From an uncultured Verrucomicrobiota bacterium (GTDB lineage: Bacteria; Verrucomicrobiota; Verrucomicrobiia; Limisphaerales; J093): a DNA stretch of 64,000 nt. Made by a program: the position numbers and the translations under genes. The notes beneath the pieces are model-generated. The model was not told the DNA's origin. It was given only the letters and a program-made list of their open reading frames with translations, and searched no databases. The stretch lies in assembly GCA_964568145.1 (NCBI GenBank), contig CAZMOZ010000016.1:9766-73765 (forward strand). The letters are read 5' to 3'. This document shows positions 9,661 to 18,478 of the stretch, piece by piece. The first letter of the stretch is position 1. Every line of letters starts with the position of its first letter.

Positions 9661-9742
9661 TTGAAGCTCTGGAACCCTTGTGCTTCATGCGCCTTTTGGT
9701 AGCCACCTCTTTGGCGGCGGCGGCAGTCGGCGCGGATTGGGT

Positions 9743-9762
9743 TTGTGTCCCTTGGTGGTTCC
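9743..9762. repeat. Partial flank-module repeat (forward)
   Basis: TTGTGTCCCTTGGTGGTTCC resembles GTGTCCCCTGGTG...GTTCC of 5227-5264. Confidence 0.5.
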
Positions 9763-9775
9763 GCGCCCGCCCCGC

Positions 9776-10867
9776 TTACCGCACCCATTCCACGAGGATC
9801 TGCTTCACGTCGCTGACGCCGATCTGCACGAGCGAGGCGTTCTGGTACAGCGCCAGGTTCGGCTTCACCGCGGGCACGTCGGCGAGTTCGCGCTGGCGCT
9901 CGAGTTCGCGCACGGCCAGCACGTCCAACGCCACCGGATCGGTGCCGAACCAGAGCTGGTTCAAGACCGCCGCGTAATGCAGCAGCGTGCGCTCCTCGCC
10001 GTAGTATTGCGCCAGCAAGGCGTCGGTCACATTGAGCACCACGCGGTCCCCCAGGATGGGCAGCGCGCAAATCTCCGGCACCGCCACCGCCAGCCGGCCG
10101 GGGTCGGCGGTGAACCGGAGCGTGTTGTCCACACTGCCCAGCGCCAGACTCATCAAGTGGCCCGAGACGCTGGTCTGGTTGTGGTTGAGCAACGGGGTGA
10201 CGCTGATGATCTTGGTCATGCCGGAGGTGACGAGCCGGCTCACGTACGAGCGCCGGCCCAGCGATTCGCGCCGCAGATCGAACTCGAGGTCGCCATGCAC
10301 CAACTGGCCGAGGATCGCGTTCTCGTAAAACTCGTTTGTGTCGTAACCCGCCTCCGCCGCCGCGGCCACACGCACGCCCTGACGCTCCGCCAGTTCCACA
10401 AAGCCCGCCGGCCGCAAAGTCAGCATCTGCTTGTCCCAGATCACCACCTGGCCCGGCGGATGCCCGGCCGTGAGCAGGCTCGACACCAGCGCCTCGACCA
10501 CCGCCGGCCGCGTCCCACTGAGCGCGCCAGGGGCGGAGAGGACTTTAATACCAACCGTGTCCTGTGTGCTCACCAAGCTGCGCCAGGCCTCTTCAGGTGT
10601 CGGTTTGCCGGTCAGGTTGGTCAAGCCGCGGTCCACCATGCGGCGCAGCACCTCCGGCTGCGGCTGGTAAGCCTCCGTGGCGGCGGTGTCCTGCACCATC
10701 ACCACGCGCGCCTGGGCGGGCGCGGGCAGGGTGAAGACGGGCGGGGACGGCGGCCGCGGTTCCGGCGCGGCCGGCGCGGGCGTGTCCTCGCTGTCTGCTA
10801 AGCCCGTCAAGGCCAGCAGGAGCAGCGCGAGCGCACAAAAATGTGGGTTCCTTGACTCGCCAGACAT
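9776..10867 (-). CDS. DUF362 domain protein, secreted or lipoprotein
   Basis: 363-aa ORF with a signal sequence LALLLLALTGLA. The body (VGIKVL..., VTPLLNHNQTSVSGHLMSLALGSVDN, GTDPVALD) fits DUF362 by eye. Confidence 0.6.
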   Translation of the reverse strand: MSGESRNPHFCALALLLLALTGLADSEDTPAPAAPEPRPPSPPVFTLPAPAQARVVMVQDTAATEAYQPQPEVLRRMVDRGLTNLTGKPTPEEAWRSLVSTQDTVGIKVLSAPGALSGTRPAVVEALVSSLLTAGHPPGQVVIWDKQMLTLRPAGFVELAERQGVRVAAAAEAGYDTNEFYENAILGQLVHGDLEFDLRRESLGRRSYVSRLVTSGMTKIISVTPLLNHNQTSVSGHLMSLALGSVDNTLRFTADPGRLAVAVPEICALPILGDRVVLNVTDALLAQYYGEERTLLHYAAVLNQLWFGTDPVALDVLAVRELERQRELADVPAVKPNLALYQNASLVQIGVSDVKQILVEWVR

Positions 10868-11008
10868 GGGGTGTTACCACCGGGCGACATGTTGGCCGCC
10901 CAAAAGCGGGGGCAGTTATCGGGCCTCTCCCGTGACTTTGGCAAGCTTGACCGCCCCGCCGCATCGCCGCCTCCCATCCGCGCTCCCGGCCGGCCGGGCG
11001 TCGGGTGG

Positions 11009-13003
11009 ATGACCGCGTGCGTCCTCGTATTGCTGCTGGCCGCCGGGTGCGGCCCGCAAGGCCGCGATCAGTTGCTGCTGGGCCAGCGGCTGATCCGCGA
11101 AGGCCGGCCGGCCGAGGCCATTGAGCCGCTCCAGGCCGCGGCGCAGGCCTTTCAAACCAACACCGCCGCCGCCGCGCAGATTTTGAACTACCTCGGCCTG
11201 GCCTATCATCAGGCCGGGCGCCCCGCCGAGGCGGCGCAGGCTTACAAGGCGGCGCTCGACAAGGATTTCAACCTCTTCGCCGCCCGCTACAACCGCGGCG
11301 CGTTGTTCTTCGAGCAGGGCAACCTGCCCGCCGCCATCAACGAACTCACCACCTACACCGCGCACCAGCCGAAGGACCCCGCTGGCTGGCTGCTGCTCGG
11401 CAAGGCCCAGCTCCGCGCCGGCTTGTACGACGCCGCGGACCGCAACCTCCTCCAGGCGCTCCGCCTCAACCCGTCCCCGCAGCAGCAGGCCGAGGGGCTG
11501 AACGCCCTGGGCATGGGCCAGGCCCAGCGCCGCCGGGCGCGCGAGGCCTTCCAGTACTTCGAGGCCGCGCTCAACCGCGTCACCAACTACCCGCCGGCCT
11601 TGCTCAACCAGGCGGTGCTCTCGCAGCAGTTGCAGGACCGCAACTTCGCCCTTCAGAAGTACGCCGCGTACCTCGCGGCCGGCAGCAACGCGCCGAACGC
11701 CGACGCCATCCGCGCGCTCACGAACCAGCTCGCCAGCCAGCTTGCGCTGGCGCTCAAGCCGACGTCACCACCCACGAATCAGGCCCCGGCCACTAACCTG
11801 GTTCTGAACGTCCGCACTGCCTCGCCGCCGGCCGTGGTGCGGACCTCGCCGCCGCCATCGCTGGTCCAAACCGCGGCGCCGCCGGCGATCGCGCGCACCG
11901 GCCCGCCGCCCGCCGAGATGACCGCGAGGCCGCTGCCGGTTTCGAGCAACCTTGTCGCCCAGACCGCGCCGCCTTCCACGAAGCCGCCCGCCGAAACCGC
12001 GCCGCCGCGCGGCGACCGCACGACCACGGCAGTGAGAGCCGTCACCGCGCCAGAGGTCCCGCCCGCGCAACCCGAGCCGCCGCTGGAGCGGGTCCAGCTC
12101 GACGCGGAGCCGGAGATCAAGCCGGCCGTGGACGTCGCGCTCGCGCGTCCGACAGCGGTCGCTTCGTCCACCAACTCGGTTTCTCCCGCGCCCGCGCCCG
12201 CCACGGGTGGTTCTGCCACAACTTCGCCCCCCGCCACGACCACGGCGGCTGAAACGGAAGACGAGAAGGCGCCGAAGCGATCACTGATCGCGCGGCTCAA
12301 TCCGTTGAACTTGTTCCGCGGCGACGAGGATCCGGAAAAGGCGCGTGAGCGCGAGGCGAAGAAAGCGGCCGGGCAGGCGCGCAAGGCGGAAAAGGAAGCG
12401 GCGAAGAAGCACACCACGCCCGTGACGCGGCAACCCGCGCCGGCGCCCGCTCTGGTCCAACCGACCACGCCCGCCCCGCCCACGTTCACGCGCTACGCCT
12501 ACACCGCGCCCGCCGCGCCGCCGCCCGGCAACCGCGCCGAGTCTGAGCGGCAGGTCGCGGAAGGTCTCGCCGCGCACAAGGCCGGCCGGCCCGGCGATGC
12601 CCAGGCCGCTTACACGCGTGCCGTGCGGGCCGATCCGGCGAACTTTCAGGCCCAGTTCAACCTGGCCGTGGCCGCTTACGAGAATCAGGACTGGCCGCGC
12701 TCCCTGGCGGCTTACGAACTGGCGCTGGCGCTGGCACCGGACGACACCCGCGCGCGGTATGGCTTTGCGCTCGCGCTCGAGCGCGCCGGTTATCCGCTCG
12801 ACGCCGCCGCCGAGCTGGAACGAATCCTCGCCCGCGAACCCGGCAACGTGGACGCCCACCTCGCGCTGGCGAATCTAAACGCCACGACGCTCGGCAACAC
12901 GGTCCGGGCGCGGGAGCATTACCTGAAGGTGCTGCAGCTTCAACCGAACCACCCCCAGGCCGGCCTGATCAAGCGCTGGCTCGGACCGGCTTACCGGCCG
13001 TGA
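11009..13003 (+). CDS. TPR-repeat lipoprotein with a Pro/Ala-rich central linker
   Basis: Lipobox LLLAAGC after ATG 11009. TPR-like repeats at both ends (LNYLGLAYHQAGRPAEAAQAYKAAL; FNLAVAAYENQDWPRSLAAYELALAL). Long low-complexity P/A/T middle region. Confidence 0.8.
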   Translation: MTACVLVLLLAAGCGPQGRDQLLLGQRLIREGRPAEAIEPLQAAAQAFQTNTAAAAQILNYLGLAYHQAGRPAEAAQAYKAALDKDFNLFAARYNRGALFFEQGNLPAAINELTTYTAHQPKDPAGWLLLGKAQLRAGLYDAADRNLLQALRLNPSPQQQAEGLNALGMGQAQRRRAREAFQYFEAALNRVTNYPPALLNQAVLSQQLQDRNFALQKYAAYLAAGSNAPNADAIRALTNQLASQLALALKPTSPPTNQAPATNLVLNVRTASPPAVVRTSPPPSLVQTAAPPAIARTGPPPAEMTARPLPVSSNLVAQTAPPSTKPPAETAPPRGDRTTTAVRAVTAPEVPPAQPEPPLERVQLDAEPEIKPAVDVALARPTAVASSTNSVSPAPAPATGGSATTSPPATTTAAETEDEKAPKRSLIARLNPLNLFRGDEDPEKAREREAKKAAGQARKAEKEAAKKHTTPVTRQPAPAPALVQPTTPAPPTFTRYAYTAPAAPPPGNRAESERQVAEGLAAHKAGRPGDAQAAYTRAVRADPANFQAQFNLAVAAYENQDWPRSLAAYELALALAPDDTRARYGFALALERAGYPLDAAAELERILAREPGNVDAHLALANLNATTLGNTVRAREHYLKVLQLQPNHPQAGLIKRWLGPAYRP

Positions 13004-13004
13004 G

Positions 13005-13090
13005 GGGCAGGAGTCAGTGGTCAGTAATCAGTGGTCAGAAGCTGGAAGTCAGCATCTGGCGTCCGGTATCCGGCATCTGCCGTCCGGCAA
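13005..13090. repeat. Word-repeat element (TCAGTAATCAG / GTCAGAAGC / GTATCCGGCATCTG type)
   Basis: GGGCAGGAGTCAGTGGTCAGTAATCAGTGGTCAGAAGCTGGAAGTCAGCATCTGGCGTCCGGTATCCGGCATCTGCCGTCCGGC. Homologous to 35868-35965. Confidence 0.7.
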
Positions 13091-13120
13091 CACCCACACC
13101 GCGCGTAACTCACCGCACTG

Positions 13121-14161
13121 TCACGCGGCCGGAACGCTGCTGCCGGCTTTGAGCGCGGCGAGTTCTTTTTCGAGTTCGGCGACGCGGCGGACCAGTTCCG
13201 GCAGGCGTTCCATCAGGACCATCTGCCGCTTCATCTGCGTGGCCGGGCGGGCCGGCGACCCAAACCAGACCTGGCCGGCCGGGACGTTCTGAATCACCCC
13301 GGACTGTCCGGCGATGACCGCGCGGTCGCCGACCGTGAGGTGGCCCACCACGCCCGCCTGGCCGGCGATGGTCACGTAATTGCCCAGCCGCGCGCTGCCG
13401 GCCACGCCCGCCTGCGCCACCAGAATGCAATGCTGGCCCACCACCACGTTGTGGCCGATCTGGACGAGATTATCCACCTTGGTGCCCCGGCCGATGACCG
13501 TGGCCCCGAGCGCGCCGCGGTCCACGGTCACGTTGGCGCCCAGCTCGACGTCGTCCTCGATCACCACGTGGCCCACCTGCGGGATTTTGCGATGCGCCCC
13601 GCCATCCAGCACGTACCCGAAGCCGTCCGAGCCCACCACCACGCCCGCGTGGAGCCGCACGCGCTTGCCCACCTGCGTGCCGGCGTACAGGGTCACGCCC
13701 GGAAACAGCCGCGTGTCTTCGCCGAGCCGGCAGCCCTCGCCCACGTAATCGCCGGCCATGAGCACGACGCGGGCGCCGATTTGCGCGCGCTCGCCCACCA
13801 CGCAAAGAGGCCCGACGTGGGCGGTGGCGTCCACGCTGGCGCTCGCGGCCACCACGGCCGTGGGGTGGATTCCCGCCGGGAACACCGGCTCGGGATAAAA
13901 CCACGGCAACACCCGCGCGAAGGCGATCCGCGCGTTGGGCACGCGGATCAAGGTCTTGCGCGAGATCACGTCGGCGGCCAAGAGGATGGCGGCGGCCGCG
14001 CTGGTTTCGGCGCGCGCGAGGTGTTTGGGGTTTTCAGCCCAGGTCAGGTCGCCCGGCCCGGCGTTGTCGGCCGGCGCAAAACCGGTGAGGCGCACGGCGG
14101 GGTCGCCCACGACGCGGCCCTGGAGACGTTCGGCAAGTTCGGCGGCGGTGAAGGCGGGCAT
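13121..14161 (-). CDS. lpxD: UDP-3-O-acylglucosamine N-acyltransferase
   Basis: 346 aa. N-terminal LpxD domain (AAELAERLQGRVVGDPAVRLTGFAP), long left-handed beta-helix hexapeptide repeats and a C-terminal helix. Confidence 0.88.
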   Translation of the reverse strand: MPAFTAAELAERLQGRVVGDPAVRLTGFAPADNAGPGDLTWAENPKHLARAETSAAAAILLAADVISRKTLIRVPNARIAFARVLPWFYPEPVFPAGIHPTAVVAASASVDATAHVGPLCVVGERAQIGARVVLMAGDYVGEGCRLGEDTRLFPGVTLYAGTQVGKRVRLHAGVVVGSDGFGYVLDGGAHRKIPQVGHVVIEDDVELGANVTVDRGALGATVIGRGTKVDNLVQIGHNVVVGQHCILVAQAGVAGSARLGNYVTIAGQAGVVGHLTVGDRAVIAGQSGVIQNVPAGQVWFGSPARPATQMKRQMVLMERLPELVRRVAELEKELAALKAGSSVPAA

Positions 14162-14185
14162 GGGCGGGCGGGGAACCGGCGGAGT

Positions 14186-14548
14186 TCAAATGCCGCGTTC
14201 GCTGACAATGCGGTTGGCCTCGTCCAGCACGACGACCTGGGGCTGCCAGCCGTGGGCGTCCACCTCCTCGACGAGGGCGAAGCTCATGATGGTCAGCCGG
14301 TCGCCCACCTGGCCGCGATGGGCCACGGCGCCGTTGAGCACGATGTCGCCCCGGCCGCGCGGGCCCGGGATGGCGTAGGTTTCAAAGCGCGCGCCGTTGT
14401 TCATGTTGCCGCACAGTATGCGTTCGTACGGCCGGAGCCCGGCGCGATCGAGCAGGTCTTCGTCAATGGTCAGGCTGCCCTCGTAGTTCACGTTGGCGGC
14501 CGTGACGCGCGCGCGGTGGATTTTCGACTTGAGCAATTGTATGAGCAT
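14186..14548 (-). CDS. panD: Aspartate 1-decarboxylase
   Basis: MLIQLLKSKIHRARVTAANVNYEGSLTID carries the self-cleavage Gly-Ser site. Start set to the internal Met at 14548. Confidence 0.92.
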   Translation of the reverse strand: MLIQLLKSKIHRARVTAANVNYEGSLTIDEDLLDRAGLRPYERILCGNMNNGARFETYAIPGPRGRGDIVLNGAVAHRGQVGDRLTIMSFALVEEVDAHGWQPQVVVLDEANRIVSERGI

Positions 14549-14605
14549 AACCGGCGGGCGGGCGGCCTCGCCGTGTGGGCAAATTCGCAACCCGGCCCCG
14601 CCAAG

Positions 14606-15661
14606 TCAATCTCCCGGCGGGCCGGGCTCGGAGGCGGGCCCGGCCGGCGGAGCGTTCTCCGCCGGCGCACGTTGCAGGCCGCGAAGCTGGGAGCGCACCA
14701 GCCGGGCGGTCATCTCCAGCTCGAACTCCGAGATGCCCAGGCTCCGGTGATCCACGCCGAATGCCGTCAGCCAGCGGTCTTCCACCGGCTGGTAGCCCAG
14801 CGCCCGGCAGAGCCGGTGCTCGAGGTCGGCCATGTGCCCGGCGCCATAAAACACGGCCACGGAGGCCGGCGCGGGCCGCCGGGCCAGCGCGGCGCGGGTG
14901 TCCCGCACCACCGCCTCGTTGCGTTCCTCGACCAGCACCCGCAGGAGCCGCTGCAAGCCCGGCGGCAGGCCCGCGATCTGGGTGAGGTCGTTCGGCAACT
15001 GACCCAGCACCTCGATCAGGGCCACCTTCGTGGCCGCTTGCAGTCGCGGGCTCGCAGCCAGCAGGGACACGCCCAGCCGGGCCAGTCCGCCCAGCAGGCC
15101 TTCCCCGCTCATCGCCTGCACCAGCGCGTCGAACTCGACCGCGCCCGCCTGCGGCCGGCTGCCGGGCGCGGGCTGGGCCGGCTCGTTCGTCGTTCCGCCG
15201 AACACACGGGCAAGCTGCTCAAGGCTGAGGTCGCTGTTCCGGAAGTGCGGCCGCTCGTAATTGATGGCGTCGAGCTGGAAGGTCAGCCCCAGCGCGCGCG
15301 CCAAATCCACCTGCAACGAATACCCCTCGTGCCGGACCGGCGGGCCGTCGCCGGAGCGGATGGCCTCGAACAGCACCACCGTCTGCTCGTCCAGGAAGTC
15401 CTGCAACGCCGTGTAGTAATTGCTGGTGCCGATGTGTGTGACCGCGACCAGCCAGAGGTCCGCGCCGCCGCGCCCCCGCACCGGGGCGAGCCGGCGCAAG
15501 GCGACTTCGAGCGCGATCACGCCGTTGGTGTTCTTGAGCGACCGCAGGTAAGGCCGCACGTCGTCCACGCTGGCCGGCTGCGCAGTGGCGGACCAGCCGG
15601 TCAGGCACAAGCCGGCGAGGACGGCTGGCGCAGCCAGGCGTTGGAACATTCCGCGTTTCAT
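14606..15661 (-). CDS. TraB/GumN family protein, secreted
   Basis: Signal peptide MKRGMFQRLAAPAVLAGLCLTGWSATAQ. Motifs WLVAVTHIGTSNYY and VAVFYGAGHMADLEHRL fit TraB/GumN. Confidence 0.65.
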   Translation of the reverse strand: MKRGMFQRLAAPAVLAGLCLTGWSATAQPASVDDVRPYLRSLKNTNGVIALEVALRRLAPVRGRGGADLWLVAVTHIGTSNYYTALQDFLDEQTVVLFEAIRSGDGPPVRHEGYSLQVDLARALGLTFQLDAINYERPHFRNSDLSLEQLARVFGGTTNEPAQPAPGSRPQAGAVEFDALVQAMSGEGLLGGLARLGVSLLAASPRLQAATKVALIEVLGQLPNDLTQIAGLPPGLQRLLRVLVEERNEAVVRDTRAALARRPAPASVAVFYGAGHMADLEHRLCRALGYQPVEDRWLTAFGVDHRSLGISEFELEMTARLVRSQLRGLQRAPAENAPPAGPASEPGPPGD

Positions 15662-15818
15662 CACACCGCCCAAAATGCCAGCAGTCGGGCCGGGATGCCA
15701 GCGAGGGGTTGGGGCACTCAGCCTGTAACGCAGCTCAAAACGCGCCGCGGGCGCTCCGGGCGGTGGCGACGGTGACTTGCACCGCATGGTAATCCTGCCG
15801 CGACTGCGCCGGCGGCGA

Positions 15819-16010
15819 TCAGTTCGCCGGGTCTTTGGGTATCAGGAACCACAGAACCAGGTACACGATGATTCCGGGAAACGCGGCGCTGAGGATCGAG
15901 ACCAGCACATAGACCAGCCGGACCCGGAACGGCGACCAGCCCAGGTAGTGGGCCAGCCCGCCGCATACCCCAGCGATGACGCAGTCTTTCGTGGAACGGG
16001 TGAGTTTCAT
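15819..16010 (-). CDS. PspC domain membrane protein
   Basis: LTRSTKDCVIAGVCGGLAHYLGWSPFRVRLVYVLVSI is the canonical PspC domain. Confidence 0.85.
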   Translation of the reverse strand: MKLTRSTKDCVIAGVCGGLAHYLGWSPFRVRLVYVLVSILSAAFPGIIVYLVLWFLIPKDPAN

Positions 16011-16038
16011 GGCGAGGAGCGATGCGGCGCGCGCACTC

Positions 16039-16296
16039 TCAAAGGGAACGCGGCGGCAGGTCCGCGGCAGCCTGCGCGCGGGGCCGGCCGGCGAAGAAAT
16101 AGATCAACGCGCCGATGAGGTTCACGAAGACGATGACAATCACCCACACGATGCGCTCGGAGTCGTTCAAGCCCCGGTTCTGGATGGCATGGATCAACAT
16201 CCACAGCCAGAAGGCAAACAGCGCCAGCGACACCGGTAGAAGCACCAGCATCAGGACAAGCTCGATGATGCCAAGAAAGGCCAGGGAAGCTGTCAT
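16039..16296 (-). CDS. Small membrane protein, PLD-nuclease-N-terminal (PLDc_N) type
   Basis: Two TM helices with FAFWLWMLIHAI...VWVIVIVFVNLIGALIYFF. Start set to Met at 16296. Confidence 0.6.
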   Translation of the reverse strand: MTASLAFLGIIELVLMLVLLPVSLALFAFWLWMLIHAIQNRGLNDSERIVWVIVIVFVNLIGALIYFFAGRPRAQAAADLPPRSL

Positions 16297-16580
16297 GGCG
16301 TCAAGACACTTGGGGTCGGTAAGCGGAAGTCGAGCGCAGGCGCGGCCAGGGTGGAGCAATCACCCCGCAGGCGGCGCGATGGAATTGGAATCATGGCATG
16401 CATCTGGACTCCGGAGTTGTCGGACAAAAGTCTGCCACAACCGCCGTCCCGGCCGAAAGCGCAAACGCGGGTCCAGCAGCCCAGCCGGCGCATCTCAATT
16501 TCGCACCGGCAGCGGGCGGGCCGAAGTGGCCCAAGCGACCTCGCCTAAGGCCGTGCCGCGGGCGGCGCGGCCCGCGGCCG

Positions 16581-16620
16581 TGAAGTCCGAAGTCCGAAGC
16601 GGAAGCGAAGCTCGCCGAAG
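16581..16620. repeat. Word repeat (GAAGTCCGAAG type)
   Basis: GTGAAGTCCGAAGTCCGAAGCGGAAGCGAAGCTCGCCGAAG in a 485-bp non-coding gap. Same words as at 49932-49957. Confidence 0.6.
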
Positions 16621-16745
16621 ATGCCCGCGTCGCAGTTCCGCATTGCGCATTCCGCAATGGGAATGCCGGGGCTCGACGGAGTCTCGCCCCACCCCGTCAA
16701 GAACGGACCGGCACAAAGGTGAGATGCGCCCGCCCGGCAAACGGT

Positions 16746-16774
16746 TTGACTTGGTTTTTTGCGAAACTTAGATT
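16746..16774 (+). promoter_or_regulatory. Candidate sigma-70 promoter TTGACT-N17-TAGATT, 7 nt upstream of the ATG (leaderless candidate)
   Basis: TTGACT at 16746-16751, a 17-nt spacer and TAGATT at 16769-16774. The ATG of the polyprenyl synthase gene is at 16782, and no Shine-Dalgarno sequence fits in between. Confidence 0.4.
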
Positions 16775-16781
16775 CCGCGCA

Positions 16782-17840
16782 ATGCTGGCGACTCACACGA
16801 CCGCGGCCGCCGCCCCCGAATCCGCCGCGCCCGCTCCGGACCTTTCGCTGTCCTGGCGGCACATTGTTGCCCCGGTGCAGCCCTTCCTGCGCGCGGTTGA
16901 AAGCCGGCTGTCCGCCCAGATCGCGGCCTTCGAGCCGGAGATCGAGGAGCACGCGCGTTACGCGCTCAGCAGTCAGGGCAAACAGCTCCGGCCCGCCCTG
17001 GTGGGGCTCAGCGCCGAGGCCGCCGGCCGGCTCCACGACGATCACGTGACCGTGGCGGTCATCATCGAGATGGTCCACCTGGCCACGCTGGTCCACGACG
17101 ACGTGATGGACGCCGCGGCGATGCGCCGTCGCCGGCCCACCCTGGCCGCGCAGTGCGGCGCCGCGACGTCCGTCCTGGTGGGCGACTGCCTGTTTGCGCA
17201 CGCGCTGGTGCTGGCGGCCAGTTTCCCCACCCCGAACGTGTGCCGCGCGGTGGCGTCCGCGACCAAGATCGTCTGCACCGGCGAAACCATCCAGACCGAG
17301 CGGCCGGGCCGGCTGGGGCTGAGTCGCGAGGAATATTTCCGCATCCTGCGCATGAAGACCGGCGAGCTGTTCGCGCTGTCGTGCGAACTGGGCGCGCGGC
17401 TCGCCGGCGCCGGTGCCGAGGAGCAACAGGCCTTGCGCGCGTACGGCATGGAGTTGGGCACCGCGTATCAGATTTACGACGACTGCGTGGACCTGTTCGG
17501 CACCGAGTCGCAGGCCGGCAAGTCGCTCGGCACCGACCTGCTCGGCGGCAAGCTGACGCTGCCCCTGCTGGTAGCCGGCGAGCGCGCCCGCGGCAGCCGC
17601 CACGCCGAACTGGAGCGGCTGCTGACGCCGTGGCACCCGGAGAACCTGCCCCGGTTGCGCGAGATGCTGGAGGAAAGCAACGCCCTCGCGGAATGCCGAC
17701 AGGTCATCCGCGGCTTTTGCCGGCGGGCGGGCGAAGCCTTGCAGGGCCTGCCGCCCACCGCCGGTCGCCGCGCGCTGGTGACAGCCACCGATTTCCTGGC
17801 CCGCCAGACCGACGGTCTCGGGTCCAGCGACGGTTCTTGA
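16782..17840 (+). CDS. Polyprenyl diphosphate synthase (long-chain, IspB-like)
   Basis: First Asp-rich motif LVHDDVMDAAAMRRRRPT and second motif YQIYDDCVDLFG. Confidence 0.88.
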   Translation: MLATHTTAAAAPESAAPAPDLSLSWRHIVAPVQPFLRAVESRLSAQIAAFEPEIEEHARYALSSQGKQLRPALVGLSAEAAGRLHDDHVTVAVIIEMVHLATLVHDDVMDAAAMRRRRPTLAAQCGAATSVLVGDCLFAHALVLAASFPTPNVCRAVASATKIVCTGETIQTERPGRLGLSREEYFRILRMKTGELFALSCELGARLAGAGAEEQQALRAYGMELGTAYQIYDDCVDLFGTESQAGKSLGTDLLGGKLTLPLLVAGERARGSRHAELERLLTPWHPENLPRLREMLEESNALAECRQVIRGFCRRAGEALQGLPPTAGRRALVTATDFLARQTDGLGSSDGS

Positions 17841-17850
17841 TCGGCGTACC

Positions 17851-18477
17851 ATGCCGCCCACCGCCCCAGGGATCCCTCCCGCCCTGGCGGTCGCCCCGAC
17901 GAGCGAGCCCGCCGAGGACGCCGAGTTGGTGCGCCGGGCGCAAGCCGGGGAACTCGATGCCTACGACGCGCTGGTGCGCCGCTACCAGGAGCGGATTTAC
18001 GGCGTGGTGTACCACATGACCTCGAACCACGAGGACGCGGCGGACCTGGCGCAGGAGGCGTTCGTGCGCGCCTACCGGGCGCTGGCCAGCTTCAAGGGGG
18101 ATTCGAGCTTTTTCACTTGGCTGTACCGCATCGCGGTGAACCAGACCCTCAACTTCCTCAAGCAGCGCCGGAACCGGGGGCACCTGAGCCTGAACGACCT
18201 CGATTTCCAGGCCGAGAACGACCCGGACGTCGTGGCGCTGATCTCGGAGAAGACCCCGCGGCGCGAGACCAGCCTGCGCGAGCTGCAGGAGAGATTGAAC
18301 GCCGCGCTGCAAAAGCTGTCTGAACAGCACAGAATGGTGGTCACCCTGCATGACATCCAGGGCCTGCGGCACGAACAGATTGCCGAGATCATGAAGTGCA
18401 ACGTGGGCACCGTGCGCTCGCGGCTGCATTACGCCCGGCAGCAATTGCAGGCCTTGCTGGCCGACTGGACGCAGTGA
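17851..18477 (+). CDS. ECF-type RNA polymerase sigma factor
   Basis: Region 2 YDALVRRYQERIYGVVYHMTSNHEDAADLAQEAFVRAYR...FFTWLYRIAVN and region 4 HEQIAEIMKCNVGTVRSRLHYARQQL. Confidence 0.9.
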   Translation: MPPTAPGIPPALAVAPTSEPAEDAELVRRAQAGELDAYDALVRRYQERIYGVVYHMTSNHEDAADLAQEAFVRAYRALASFKGDSSFFTWLYRIAVNQTLNFLKQRRNRGHLSLNDLDFQAENDPDVVALISEKTPRRETSLRELQERLNAALQKLSEQHRMVVTLHDIQGLRHEQIAEIMKCNVGTVRSRLHYARQQLQALLADWTQ

Positions 18478-18478
18478 C

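Noticed and set aside
13340-15775. 811-aa plus-strand ORF
   Set aside because: It runs antisense across three independently recognisable genes (lpxD, panD, TraB/GumN). It is a GC-driven shadow frame.
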